This document shows, piece by piece, positions 25,300 through 39,066 of a DNA stretch of 64,000 bases (positions are counted from its first letter, which is position 1; every line of letters starts with the position of its first letter). Source of the DNA: Octopus vulgaris (taxonomy: Eukaryota); the NCBI GenBank assembly GCA_951406725.2, contig OX597823.1, positions 105,400,001 to 105,464,000 of the forward strand, given 5' to 3'. The notes below the pieces were generated by a model. That model had not been told where the DNA came from and did no database searches. It saw only the letters and a program-made list of their open reading frames with translations. The translations under genes were made by a program, and so were the position numbers.

Positions 25300-26470
25300 C
25301 ATACATCACTCCAGGCAGTTTGGTGTGTATTTTGTTGCTCCAATAATAATGAGGATGAAACTGAAAGTGTATCTTGGGTACTGGACTCGTAAACTCCTTA
25401 CTTATGCTCCAATGATGTCATCGTTCCGTCTGCCACAGGGAAGCTGATTTCCACAAGAGAAGGTATCTTCTGTTTGTGATTCCACACGATATCTGGCCAG
25501 GTGTGTTTTAACTTAGTGGCTGTTTAGATTTTTACGTTCCACCAGTATTCTCATTTCTTTATTACCCACAAGGGGCTAAACATAGAGGGGACAAACAAGG
25601 ACAGACAAAGGGATTAAGTCGATTACATCGATCCCAGTGTGTAACTGGTACTTTATTTATCGACCCCGAAGGGATGAAAGGCAAAGTCGACCTCGGCGGA
25701 ATTTGAACTCAGAACGTAACGGCAGACAAAATACCGCTAAGCATTTAGCCCGGCGTGCTAACGATTCTGCCAGTTCGCCGCCTTTTACGTTCCACCAGTA
25801 TTCTTTTGGCTCATCGGCTTCAATATAGTCAACTTTATTAGGTGTTTTCTTTTTTGTTATTCTGCTCAGACCGTTCTGGCCACTGCATCATATCTGAAAG
25901 GCATTCTCTCACAGTTGGTAATAATGCTGTCTTCAGTCTTGGTCTTTCACAGTCTACATTTGTTGTCTGTCAAAGTTTTCTGCCTCTTATGCTATAGGCA
26001 TTCGGCGAGGATCTCTTGATCTTGAATTGCATGGAGGTTGCCTCCAAAGTGTGATGTCATAAACGTGTTGGCATTCCGTGCCAAGCTTTTGACATGATCA
26101 ATCCCCCTTCTATGGTTCGTGTTATTCGTGCCAATTCGTGCCATGGTCCAAATTGGTCCATTTTTCATTATTTTGTTCTTCTGGCAGTGTTTATCAATGA
26201 TCCGTGGGAAGAGATCTGTATCAGCTCTTACTTCACACCTCTTCTCAAGTTCATTCGCTATCCTAATTATGTTATTGATTTCATAGTCGCAAACTTGGGC
26301 AAGATAGTTTACTAGTCTCTTTCCTTTGCTGCAGATATTGCTTCAGTGTCACAGTACGTGCTTCGTATGACATGAATACAGATTTGAGACCAAGATCACC
26401 GTCCCTGCGTGGAAAGTATAGCCTGTCTACATCTCCGTTGATGTAGTAACACTGAGCAGCTTGCGAGTTT
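25300..26470 (-). mobile_element. R4/Dong-clade LINE fragment (RT thumb to REL)
   Basis: INGDVDRLYFPRRDG.LGL, TSHFGG.LHAIQDQEI, DNKCRL..., EYWWNV, WPDIVW, VEISFP. Interrupted by a SINE. Confidence 0.75.
25552..25782 (-). mobile_element. SINE family B
   Basis: Full copy with a perfect 22-bp TSD TTTTACGTTCCACCAGTATTCT (25530-25551 and 25783-25804). Confidence 0.95.
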
Positions 26471-26855
26471 GAGCATGTATCTCATTAAAGTTCTTGTAGT
26501 GACCAGATGCGAGAACTCTAAAGAGGGAGCTAACGAGGGAGCTTGAAACACGGTTGTTCGCTCTGGTAGAAATAGTAGTGAAATTGCCTACAATTCAAAC
26601 CTTATAGATTTGATTAAAGAAGGACAATGTACTCCTCGATACACACCGTGCTGGGAAGGGCACGGCTGGAAGGATTTTTCACCATCGAACTGCTCGATCA
26701 AGGCTGAGGAGATGTTCAGCAATAGCAGCAGCAGCAACAACAACAACAATCTGCAATGATTATTTTGCATCGAAGTATTTACCTATCATGTATATATATA
26801 CACATATATGTATACATACATATATATTATATATATATATATGTATATATACATA

Positions 26856-27582
<727 letters not shown>

Positions 27583-27708
27583 TGTATATATATATATACA
27601 TATATATATATACATATATGTATATATATATATATATATGTATGTATATATGTATACACACACATACATATATATATATATATGTATATATATATGTATA
27701 TGTATACA

Positions 27709-27757
<49 letters not shown>

Positions 27758-27931
27758 ATACATATATACATACATACATACATACACATATACATGGACA
27801 CAAATTTTGCCATTTCATTCATTAATTCTCTTTCTTTACTTCTTTCTAGATTCCTTCTTTTATATCTTCGTTTCATTCATTCTTTCTCTTATATGTAACT
27901 TTTTCCTATTCATCTTTACTATTCCTTCCTC

Positions 27932-27972
<41 letters not shown>

Positions 27973-28340
27973 AGTATTTCTCACTCTCTCCTCTCTTTCT
28001 CTCTCTATTTAGTTCTCTTCTCTTTCCATCTCCCCCTCTTTGCCTCTCAACGTTTCTATCTTTCGCTCGTCCGTCTCTTTCTGCAACTTTATCGCTCCTT
28101 TCTCTCTCTCTCCTTACCCCCCTCTCTCTCTCTCTCTCTTCTCCCGTTTTACTGTTCTTTTTTTTTATATCATACAGTCCCCCCTCCCCTTTAACGCCAC
28201 TAAACCACTCTCCCCGCCACTACTATTAACGCCACCCCACTTCCTGTAGACAACGTGAGACTGACTAATTCAGATCTTTCACTGCTCTGTTCCCGTCCAC
28301 CTCCTGCATTGAAGGGGTGGACGGGTACGGACACACATTT

Positions 28341-28419
<79 letters not shown>

Positions 28420-28793
28420 TTTACACACACACACACACACACACAATTCATGCATGTATAAACGTACGCTCACAATCACACACAAACATAGATACGCGCA
28501 CACATGTACATACACTCGCACTCACGCGCCCGCCCCCGCCCGCGCGCGTGCGCGTGCAAGATCTTCTTTGATGTGTAGTGATGTCGAAATTGGTAGTTTA
28601 TATTGTTCCAGGAATTGAAGAATCAAACACACCTTTGGCGACAGTAACAATGACAACAACGCTTGCTGTTACCACCACCAGCACCCCCACCGCCACCACC
28701 ACCACCACCGTCCCCCCTTTCTCCCACCGCCACCCCCCACCGCCACCACCACCGCCACCAGCACCAGCACCAGCACCAGCACCACCACCACCG

Positions 28794-28845
<52 letters not shown>

Positions 28846-29070
28846 GTCATGATCATCATTATCATGAACAACAACAAGGCTATAACGACAATAACAACAA
28901 TAAAAGCGCAACGTAGTATTTATAGCAAAAAAATAGAAATACCAGTTGAAGCAGCAGCAACATCACAGTAACAAACTGCAAGCCAACAGGGGAACCTCTG
29001 AAAGCTAGAAATAGCGACCAAATCTCTCGTCTTTAAGTGAGGGTAAGATATATATATATATATATATTAT

Positions 29071-29130
29071 AAAAAAAAGTAGAGAAAAAAATGTTGAAAC
29101 AGAAATAAATTTATTATGAAGTTACCTTTT

Positions 29131-29166
<36 letters not shown>

Positions 29167-29269
29167 AAAAGGTAACTTCATGATAAATTTATTTCTGTTT
29201 CAACATTTTTTTCTCTATTTTTTTAATACTTGTTTATGGTATATTCTTATACCTATAACGAATCACCTC

Positions 29270-29272
<3 letters not shown>
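29071..29272. repeat. Short fold-back repeat centred on (TA)n
   Basis: Arms 29071-29133 and 29163-29224 are near-perfect reverse complements. A ~48-bp extension follows, then (TA)n. Confidence 0.85.
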
Positions 29273-29309
<37 letters not shown>

Positions 29310-29444
29310 CTCCTAACTATATGGCATGGTCAAGGGCGGAATGTTTTCTTCAGAAGTGTGCTTGTTCAGGCATGACATTGGGCTAAACAGCAAGAAAAAA
29401 AATCCCAAAGAGCACATTCTTCACCACACAGACACACACGCACG

Positions 29445-29513
<69 letters not shown>

Positions 29514-29814
29514 GCACAGCTCTGCACACATCTACACAATATTATTCTAAACATACCTGCTCTACATTACAGCACATTGCCCTACAGAATCCTACAACTT
29601 TATCTCACAATCTGTCATCCGTGCCCACAATAAACAACACCACTCTGCACTTCACTACACAAAACTATACAATATTACACGAAATTCTACAACACTTCAT
29701 TACAAAACTCTATGACATGCCACACCCCCATTACATTACATTACACCACAATTACACCATATTGCGCTACACTACATCACACTCGCTACACTACATAACA
29801 CAATTTCTCATCAT

Positions 29815-30176
29815 CTCTCTTTACTCTCTTTTACTCTTTAACATTTGACTGCGGCTATGCTGGAGCACCGCCTTTGGTCGAGCAAATCGACCCCAGGAAT
29901 TATTCCTTGTAAGCCTAGTACTTATTCTATCAGTCTTTTTTTACCGAACTGCTAAGTTACGGGGACGTAAACACACCAGCATCTGTTGTCAAGCGATGTT
30001 GGGGGACAAGCAGACACACAAACACATACATATACATATATACGACGGGCTTCTTTCAGTTTCCGTTTACCAAATCCACTCAGAAGGCATTGGTCGGCCC
30101 GAGGCTATAGTAGAAAACACTTGCCGGAACCAAGTGGCTGGTAAGCAAGTTTCTTACCACACAGCCACTCCTGCGC
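29815..30176 (-). mobile_element. SINE family A
   Basis: Homologous to 32921-33326. Confidence 0.88.
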
Positions 30177-30199
30177 CCGTTTTTCTAAAAAAAGAAAGA

Positions 30200-31140
30200 A
30201 GAGAAAACGATATTGGTTTTCTTATTGACCGCAAGCGTCCTCGAGTAGTCTAGAGTCAACAGTACGGTATGTTGTCGTAGGATTTCTTGTAGTCTGCCCA
30301 ACCAACAGTGAAGTTCTTATTCGTACCTCACCTAATATCTGCTATCGATATAGATGATATCATTACTTCCTCTTGACTTCTGCAGCTCTTTTGCTTCTCT
30401 GGTAATAGATTTTCCGTCCCCAGAAAACAATACGTTTCATCTGCCACGAGCTCAGTCAATAATTTCCAGAGAAAGGGCCAGAATATAATTGGTCAACAAT
30501 TACTGATTCCCCTTCCTTTTCTTTGTCCTTCTGTATTAGCATTGTCTTTCCTTTCGTTATCAATGTTGATGTTCCATTTTTCTATTTTCTATACAAGCAG
30601 TAAGAAAAGCTGTACATAGCCGTGCTTACTTGTGAAATTTTAAGCCAGATTCCCTGAACACCGTCTGGTCTAGGAGCTTTCCTGTTTAGTATACATCTGA
30701 AGCATTTTTCACTTTATCTGTTTTGACCTATAGTCTTTTCTCACTTTTAAATTTCCATAACCATTTCGTTTCCTTACCATGTTGAGCCTCTTTGCTCCAC
30801 ATTTCGAGCCAAGTGTTCCTTGCTCCTTTAGTATTTGCTACATCATTCCCCTGGTGTTCATTCTCATTGTTCAATTGTTGGTAAAATTTCTTTCATTGTT
30901 TCTGGAGAATCTGTTCTGCTGACAATAGTTCAATTTTGTTGGAATCTAGATTTTTGTTTTGTAAAAATGATATTAATTTTTTTTGGCTTTCTCTCTTCTT
31001 TATCTACTTGTTACTCACTGTGTCTATCGTAGTATTTTCTTCGAATCTCCTTTTTATCTTTTCTTTCCTATTTTCTTTTTAATTATTGCATTTATCTTCC
31101 CAACGTCTCCAATGAGCTGTCCAACTTGGTTCTCAAGTCT
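30200..31140 (-). mobile_element. R4/Dong-like LINE RT N-terminal fragment, highly decayed
   Basis: W..MWSKE..H.KE.KWL, KAPRPDGVQGIWLK, a decayed NYRPI.CL...E.K..R.SRG region, and WADYKKSYDNIP. Confidence 0.7.
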
Positions 31141-31912
31141 CCATTTCCATTATCAACATGAGCATACAGCATGCAACCATATCCATCCCTCCCTCCACCC
31201 ATCCACCCATGATCATGAACATCACGATCATAATCATTATCCTCCTCCTCTTCCTCCTCCTCCTCCTCCTCCCCTCCCCCCTCTTCCTGCTTATAATCGC
31301 GATCATTAACATCTTTGCCGTCGTCGTCGTCATCATAAAGTTAGTGATTTACATTTTTGGTGTTTCTGGCGAGAAAATCTTTTTTAAATTACAATTGTAA
31401 CGTTTGAACGGATATTGTTTATTCTGGCTCTCTCCACGTAACATTTCACTCGACGATTACGGAAATAGGCGGGAATTAATTAGACATTATCGGCTTCCAC
31501 TCTACTAACAATAGTGGATTTGACAAAGGTAGAGCACATTCGCGCACGCGCCAGTGTGTATGTTATGTGCGTTTTTCTATGTTCATGTGCGCGTGTATAT
31601 ATATGTTAGTATCTAAAGAGATGAAATGAAGAAAAACAAATGAAAAAATACACAAAACAAAGAAGGAAAACGCATAAAATAGAACGGAAAAATAAGAAAG
31701 ATTGACTGAGAGAAGAAGCAAACACGTTCTAAGTGTATCAAAGAATATTTGTCCCGGATAGCACCAGAATGGACTGGAGGTGTATTGAGGCTTTAATGAG
31801 TGAACTGAATCGACTTTCATTAGAAATCCTGTTGGAAGAAAGAAAACCGTCAGATTGGCTTCAGAGTTTAAACGAATCGCCATTTTGATAAGTTTTTCTG
31901 TTTCCAGTTCAT

Positions 31913-31972
<60 letters not shown>

Positions 31973-32427
31973 CGTGCGAGTATGTATGTGTGTGTATCCG
32001 TGCGCGAGCATGTGTGAATGTGCGTCTGTGTGTGAGTGTATGCATGTGTGTGTATGTATCTGTTTATGTATGCGTGCGTGTATGTATCTGTGTGTGTATG
32101 CGTGTGCTTGCATGTGAATGTGCGTCTGTGAGTGTGTGTGTATGCATGTGTGTGTATGCGTGTATGTGCCTGTGTGTATATGTGTGTGTATGTGTATATA
32201 TATATATATATATGCGTGTGCGTGTGTGTTGTCTTCCTGCGTATGCTTTGCTTCTAACAACAATGTACTGTGTTTGTACCTGTGATGTTTTTCCATGTGC
32301 CATATACTTCGTTGTTGTTGTTGCTGTTGTTGTCGGTATTATTCTTCCTGTGTGTTATTTCTGTTGTTATTGCTATAAGCTCCTGCTGCCAGTTGTCTTT
32401 TAACCGTTTCGAAGAATCCTGTTTTCA

Positions 32428-32634
32428 AACCAATTGAAAACAACACCAGTATTAGTTGCCGTTTCTTTGAGTTTATGTACATTCACACACACACACGCAC
32501 ACGCAAATATATAGACATACATAATACACCGGGACCACTCTTCTTAAATAGTACCGTTTATGTGTATGTATGTAAGTATTCATGTATATGAGTGTGTATT
32601 ATGTATGTTTATACATGTATGTGTGTGTGAGTGT

Positions 32635-32685
<51 letters not shown>

Positions 32686-32736
32686 TACATACACCGAAAG
32701 ATACGGCAACTAACACTGGTGTTGTTTCAATTGGTT
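32428..32736. repeat. Inverted repeat with internal (CA)n/(TG)n
   Basis: AACCAATTGAAAACAACACCAGTATTAGTTGCCGT... pairs with ...ACGGCAACTAACACTGGTGTTGTTTCAATTGGTT. Confidence 0.8.
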
Positions 32737-32920
32737 CGGTAAAGTTTGTGGCAGTATTAATGAAGATTGCTGAAGTAAGTTGTCAGCAATAAGAGTTTAT
32801 GAAAGGTAGTTACTGATAATGACTTGCAATTAATCTCGGTGGTGGAAGCAAGAACACAGCTCAGTTCTCATGCAAACCCCATCGAAAATAACTCCCAAAA
32901 AGCAATGGGCTATTGGTATA

Positions 32921-33326
32921 CTCTTTTACTCTTTTACTTGTTTCAGTCATTTGACTGCGGCCATGCTGGAGCACCGCCTTTAATCGAGCAACTCGACCCC
33001 GGGACTTATTCTTTTTTTGTAAGCCCAGTACTTATTCTATCGGCTTTTTTTGCCGAACCGCTAAGTAACGGGGACATAAACACACCAGCATCGGTTGTTA
33101 AGCAATGCTAGGGGGACAAACACAGACACACAAACACACACACGCATATATATATATATACATATATACGACGGGCTTCTTTCAGTTTCCGTCTACCAAA
33201 TCCACTCACAAGGCTTTGGTCGTCCTGAGGCTATAGTAGAAGACACTTGCCCAAAGTGCCACGCAGTGGGACTGAACCCGGAACCATGTCGTTGGTGAGC
33301 AAGCTACTTACCACACAGCCACTCCT
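32921..33326 (-). mobile_element. SINE family A, full length
   Basis: tRNA-like head, CORE-like GGCACTTTGGGCAAGTGTCTT, internal microsatellite and LINE-like tail. Confidence 0.92.
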
Positions 33327-33380
33327 ATTAAAATTTATAGAGCAATATTAACAAGTACTAGTTTAAAATTAGTCAGTAAA

Positions 33381-33412
<32 letters not shown>

Positions 33413-33643
33413 TAGTGTGTGTGTGTGTGTGATAAGCGATGCAGCTGGCTGTTGCAGTATGTGCAGTTTCTAGAGCATGTGTGAATGTGCAGTCTGCAGG
33501 CTTAGGATATGCATGTGTGTGTATGTATCTGTTTATGTATGCCTGGAACAATTTTCTTTAATTGGAGTCTTCATTACAAACGCGATGCGGAAGTGGGCCT
33601 GAATGAGGGCACATATAGTTTAAACTTATATGTATTTGTTTGC

Positions 33644-33699
<56 letters not shown>

Positions 33700-34094
33700 A
33701 TGTGTGTGTGTGTGTGTGTATACACAGACATGACAGAAGTAAATAGACACCCTCATAACATAATCGCTAAAATTTATTTACATGCTGGCTGGAGGTGCTT
33801 ATCTCCCCTCTTTAAAAGCATAAGGACACAGAAAATGTGTAATGGCCAACTGGAAACTTTGTTTCCTGGGGCTAAATAGCAGTAGCATTTTTCCCTTTCC
33901 TGGGACTGCTGCATTAAGTCGGCAACAAACCATCACTTGATATATATATATATATATATGTGTGTATGTATATATATATATATAATCAGACTGTTACCTA
34001 ACGTTCTGTTGAAAACCTAGTGCGAAACGGATTGGTAAGATCGGCCGTGTGCTCTTTAATTTATTATATATATATATATATGTATATATATGTA

Positions 34095-34432
34095 TGACCC
34101 TGACGGTCATAAAAGAACATGGGAGTGCATATAAGAAATTCCCCTCCGAGGCACAAGTCTGGGCAAGATTGTTTATGGAAGACCAGCAAACTACCATGCA
34201 CACCAGCCTTGCCTCTCCAGGCCACTGATTTTATACAAGGGAAAATGAATGGCCGATAGAACGTGGCACCAATAACATCACAATTCATTTCTACAGCTGA
34301 GTGAACTGGAGCAACGTGAAATAAAGGGCCTTGCTCAAGAACACATCACACAGCCCGGTCCGGGATTCGAACTCACAACCTCGCGATCTTAAGCTCGACG
34401 TTCTAATGATTGTGAATCCGACACTCTAACCA
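34095..34432 (-). mobile_element. SINE family D
   Basis: GAGTTCGAATCCC B-box. Homologous to 2795-3130. Confidence 0.8.
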
Positions 34433-34450
34433 CTATATAAGAAAAAGAAT

Positions 34451-34481
<31 letters not shown>

Positions 34482-34485
34482 TGTA

Positions 34486-34899
34486 TTCTTTTTCTTGTTT
34501 CAGTCATTTGACTGCGGCTATGCTGGAGCACCGCCTCTATTCGAAGAAATCGAACCCAGGACTTATTCTTTGTAAGCCTAGTACTTATTCTATCGATCAC
34601 TTTTACCGAACCGGTAAGTAACATGAACGTAAACACACCAGCATCGGTTGTCAAGCGATGGAGGGAGGGAGGCAAATACATACACACACGATCACACACA
34701 CAGACTTCTTTCGGTTCCCGTCTATATATATATATATGTATATATACGATGGGCTTCTAGTTTCCGTCTACCAAATCTACTATCAAGGCTTTGGTCGGCC
34801 CGAGACTATAGTAGAAGACACTTGCCCAAGGTGCCATGCAGTGGGACTGAACCCAGAACCATGTGGTTGGTAAGCAAGCTACTTACCACACAGCCACTT
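34486..34899 (-). mobile_element. SINE family A
   Basis: Homologous to 32921-33326. Confidence 0.9.
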
Positions 34900-35256
34900 T
34901 TGAGCTTATAAGTATTATCGACAATGTGTATTTATATATATGTAATTATATGTCAGTATTTATACACACGTTATTGTGTGTTTTTAACCACATTATTGCC
35001 TGTTAGTATGTCGTGTAGATAGCGTGTGGGTATACCAGCATCAGTATTTCCTGAAGTATACGAAGTTGGACGGACAGTCGGACCGTGTGATTGATAATAC
35101 TTCCGGAAACTGGGACACTTCTATTGCACAGGACGTGACAAAGTGCGTAAGATTTGTCATATTGTCACACCTATGTCTTTGACAGTTGTCCAGTCCATTC
35201 CCTTGCAGTGTGAGATTGTGTGTATGTGTGTGTAAGATTGTGTGCGTATGTATGTG

Positions 35257-35306
<50 letters not shown>

Positions 35307-35427
35307 CTTGTGTGTGGGTCTGTGTATGTTTCTATGTAATTATACATATACATACACACACACACATACACACACGCACACACACACACACACATATATA
35401 TATATGTATGTATATATAGGCATATCG

Positions 35428-35713
35428 TCATGGCACTCCGTCGGTTACGACGACGAAGGTTCCATTTGATCCGATCAACGGAACAGCCTGCTCGTAATAA
35501 TCACGTGTGAAATTACCGTGTAAGTGGCTGAGCACTCCACAGACACGCGTATCCTTAACGTAGTTCTCGGGGAGATTCAGCGTGGCACAGAGTGTGACAA
35601 GGCTGGCCTTTTGAAATACAAGTAAAACAGAAACAGGAAGAAAGAGTGAAAGTTGTGGTGAAAGAGTAGAGCAGGGTTCTCCACGACCCTCTGCCAGAGC
35701 CACGTGGAGCTTT
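35428..35713 (-). mobile_element. Mosaic SINE (family C body, family E tail), head missing
   Basis: AAGCTCCACGTGGCTCTGGCAG...TTTCTTCCTG as in family C, followed by ...CGTCGTCGTAACCGACGGAGT as in family E. Confidence 0.8.
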
Positions 35714-35720
35714 AAAAAAT

Positions 35721-36611
35721 TTTTTACATACAAAATTTAAAGGACTGACCACTAAAAGTGGACAGCCTATACGCTAGATATAGACGTCAAAATCGCCATT
35801 TTCCACGAAGAATGTGTTCTCAAGAAAAAAAACTCAGCAAAAAATTAAAGTGTAAAAATAAGTAAGACAAATGAAAATATACGAAATAAAAAACGATTAC
35901 CTATGTACTAATTACTTTCACTTGTTAATATTTACGTATATGGATACGCAAATATCTGCAAGATCATCAGTATAGTCTGTCGTTTACAAAACACAATTTC
36001 CAGAACTAGACACAGAACGCTCAACCGAAATTCATCATGTATAAACTTCTACATATTATATGTGTGTATCTTTCAAATGCCTTCGCTTTGGCGCGCTGAG
36101 ATCAGAAATTACTCTGCAGTTAATAAATTACAGCAGTTAATTTACCGGTTAGAGAACATTTATTTTATTTAAAATTAAATAAGATACACAAAAATATAAT
36201 TTGTAGAACATTATACATACTGGATTTTGGTTGAGCATTCTGTATCTAGTTCCGGAAATTGTGTTTTGTAAACGACAGACTATGCTGATGATCTTGCAGA
36301 TGTTTGCGTATCCATATACGTAAATATTAACAAGTGAAAGTAATTAGTACATTGGTAATCGTTTTTTATTTCGTATATTTTCATTTGTCTTACTTATTTT
36401 TACACTTTGATTTTTTGCTGAGTTTTTTTTTCTTGAGAACACATTCTTCGTGGAAAATGGCGATTTTGACGTCTATAGCTAGCGTATAGGCTGTCCACTT
36501 TTAGTGGTCAGTCCTTTAAATTTTGTATGTAAAAACATTTCTAATCTTCGGATTTTGAAAAAATATGCAAGGCCACTGGTTTTAATTGATTAATATCAAT
36601 TTCTACCCATA

Positions 36612-36617
<6 letters not shown>
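35721..36617. mobile_element. Fold-back PLE-like end: ~350-bp arms plus extension
   Basis: Arms 35721 to ~36072 and ~36181 to 36535. Extension 36536-36617 runs into (TA)n. Confidence 0.88.
36280..36354 (+). ncRNA. Hammerhead-like ribozyme (mirror copy 35901-35975, minus strand)
   Basis: ATG-CTGATGA-[long stem II TCTTG..TTTGCGTAT/ATACGTAAA..CAAGT]-GAAA-GTAATTAG-TA-CAT. G-G mismatch at the base of stem III. Confidence 0.65.
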
Positions 36618-36697
<80 letters not shown>

Positions 36698-36779
36698 ATA
36701 CGTATATATATATATATATGCACACACACACACATTCATGTATATATGCATGAATATACATGTATGTATATACCCCATC

Positions 36780-36836
<57 letters not shown>

Positions 36837-36839
36837 ATA

Positions 36840-36878
<39 letters not shown>

Positions 36879-36989
36879 TATAAGTACAGGATGTCACCAA
36901 ACAGTAAACAATATATATATATATATGCAAACTGAACCCGGAACCATGTGGTTGGGTAGGAAGCTTCTTACCACACTGCCACTCTTACG

Positions 36990-37044
<55 letters not shown>

Positions 37045-37088
37045 ATGTATAATATATAAATATATGCATATATACATACATACATACA

Positions 37089-37150
<62 letters not shown>

Positions 37151-37197
37151 AGTTATATATATATATATATATACATAAGTTATATATATATATATAC

Positions 37198-37346
37198 CGG
37201 AGTAAACACATAAATGTGAAACAAGGTGGAAAAAAGTACTCAAATACCAGGGGTAGAGTAATACGCTTTATTTAAAAGCAGTAGAAATTCAGCAAAACCT
37301 TTTGAATTTCTTATTTTTGTTGAATTTCTGCTGCTTTTAAATAAAC
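37198..37346. repeat. Miniature fold-back end between (TA)n tracts
   Basis: 31-bp arms 37267-37297 and 37315-37345, plus a ~70-bp left extension. Confidence 0.75.
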
Positions 37347-37365
37347 TATATATATATATATATAT

Positions 37366-37831
37366 TTAAATCAATAAATGGTGGTGTTGTGTTGACCGCA
37401 CGTGAGAAATGATAGACAACAAAAAATTATAAAAAGGCAGAATGCTAAATTTAAGGAAAATTTTAATGAAAATGGGTGTATGGAAGAATTTGAAAAATTA
37501 ATAAAATATATATATATATTATTTCAAACCGGTTTTCGTCACAATGTGACTTTTCAAGAATTGTAAGATGAAAAGAAAAAAATTTTTATGTTTGAGGAGG
37601 GGGAAAAAAGAAAATTACATTGTTTTTTTGTCAATGTAATTTTCTTTTTTTCCCTCCTCAAACATAGAATTTTTGTTTTCTTTTCACCTTACAATTCTTG
37701 AAAAGTCACATTGTGACGAAAACCGGTTTGAATTAATATATATATATTTTATTAATTTTTCAAAATCTTCCATACACCCATTTTCATTAAAAGTTTCCTT
37801 AAATTTAGCATTCTGCCTTTTTATAATTTTT
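37366..37831. mobile_element. Fold-back PLE-like end: ~200-bp arms plus extension
   Basis: Arms 37422 to ~37622 and ~37632 to 37831. (TA)n flanks. Confidence 0.88.
37693..37734 (+). ncRNA. U3-A8 variant minimal hammerhead (mirror copy 37521-37562, minus strand)
   Basis: AATTC-TTGAAAA-GTCAC-ATT-GTGAC-GAAA-ACCGGT-TT-GAATT. Confidence 0.78.
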
Positions 37832-37836
37832 CCTTG

Positions 37837-37891
<55 letters not shown>

Positions 37892-37939
37892 ATGTGTGTG
37901 TGTGTGTACATACATATATATGTATATACATACATATTT

Positions 37940-38489
37940 GGGTACAGGACATAAAAAAACGTAGGGAAAATGAGAAACGTGAACATAAAAAACAAAAACA
38001 TGGAAAACGACTTTTTTCGAACAACGAAAAAGACAAACAACAGAGAAACGAGACATGCAACATAAAGAACATTATCTTTATCAATTTTCTCCTGTTTCAT
38101 TTACTGCGCGGTCCGAAGATAAGGACAAGACGCGAATTCGTCAAAACAGTCCTTCCCGCAAAGCAAGTTAAATAAAATTTGGGTTTTTGCGGAGGGTGAA
38201 AGTGGTAACAAAAACCGGACAGTGAAAACAAAGCAGTAAAAACAAATGGTGAGGGCTGTTAAGCGTAGACGATGTGTAGTGGTGAACGCTGGAAAAACGA
38301 GCTTTGGAAGAGACAGATAAAAGCACGTCTTGTCTTTAGGAGGAAGTGGAAGAAAGAAAGATGGATGATCGCTGGTCGCGTGTGAGCAACGAAAGATTCA
38401 AAGAGGAAGAGTAGTAGTAGTAGTAGTAGAGAGAGAGAAAGAGAACGGTGGGAAAGGATTGGAAAAACAGAAAGAAAGAAGAACAAGAG

Positions 38490-38495
<6 letters not shown>
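37940..38495 (-). mobile_element. (TA)n-anchored interspersed repeat, same family as 20795-20950
   Basis: Both start GGG(T/C)ACAG(G/A)AC...AAACGT and share TTTCGAACAACGAAA...GCAACA.AAAGAA. PLE-end-like context. Confidence 0.55.
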
Positions 38496-38535
<40 letters not shown>

Positions 38536-39029
38536 TTATTTCTGTTAGTGACTTATTCACGAATATAGCAACACTAGCGCCGCTGAGGGAAAATTCTCTG
38601 GGAACGCACAAAAGCCCTTTTCAGAGTTATGTACTTTGAATTGTTATTATCTCATATCTGATTAGCCTGTTATTACGTAACATGCTTCACGATTTTAGTA
38701 TACACACCTTATTAGTATTTCCTCTTATGTTCCATATACTCTGGGAACACATTAAAGCCGTTTTTGGGGTTACTTTAATTGAATTCTTACTATCGAGTAA
38801 CTAATTTCATGTTATTACATAACTGACTTCACAATTTGGGTATTCATAACTTATTGGGAATTCCTAAAAACAAGATCCTGTGTAAGACAGTTCGGTATTC
38901 TCTGTAAATGCAGAAAAACCATTTTAAGGGCTATATACTTTTTAATGTTATTGGATTAGCGAAACAATTATGAGAACGTAACCAAGGGATAAGCTTTGCT
39001 TTCACGAGAATTACCGAGTACGTCAGCTA

Positions 39030-39066
<37 letters not shown>

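Noticed and set aside
28505-28560. CpG-rich patch with GC boxes as a possible promoter
   Set aside because: Short, continuous with (CA)n/(CG)n microsatellite, and no downstream gene evidence.
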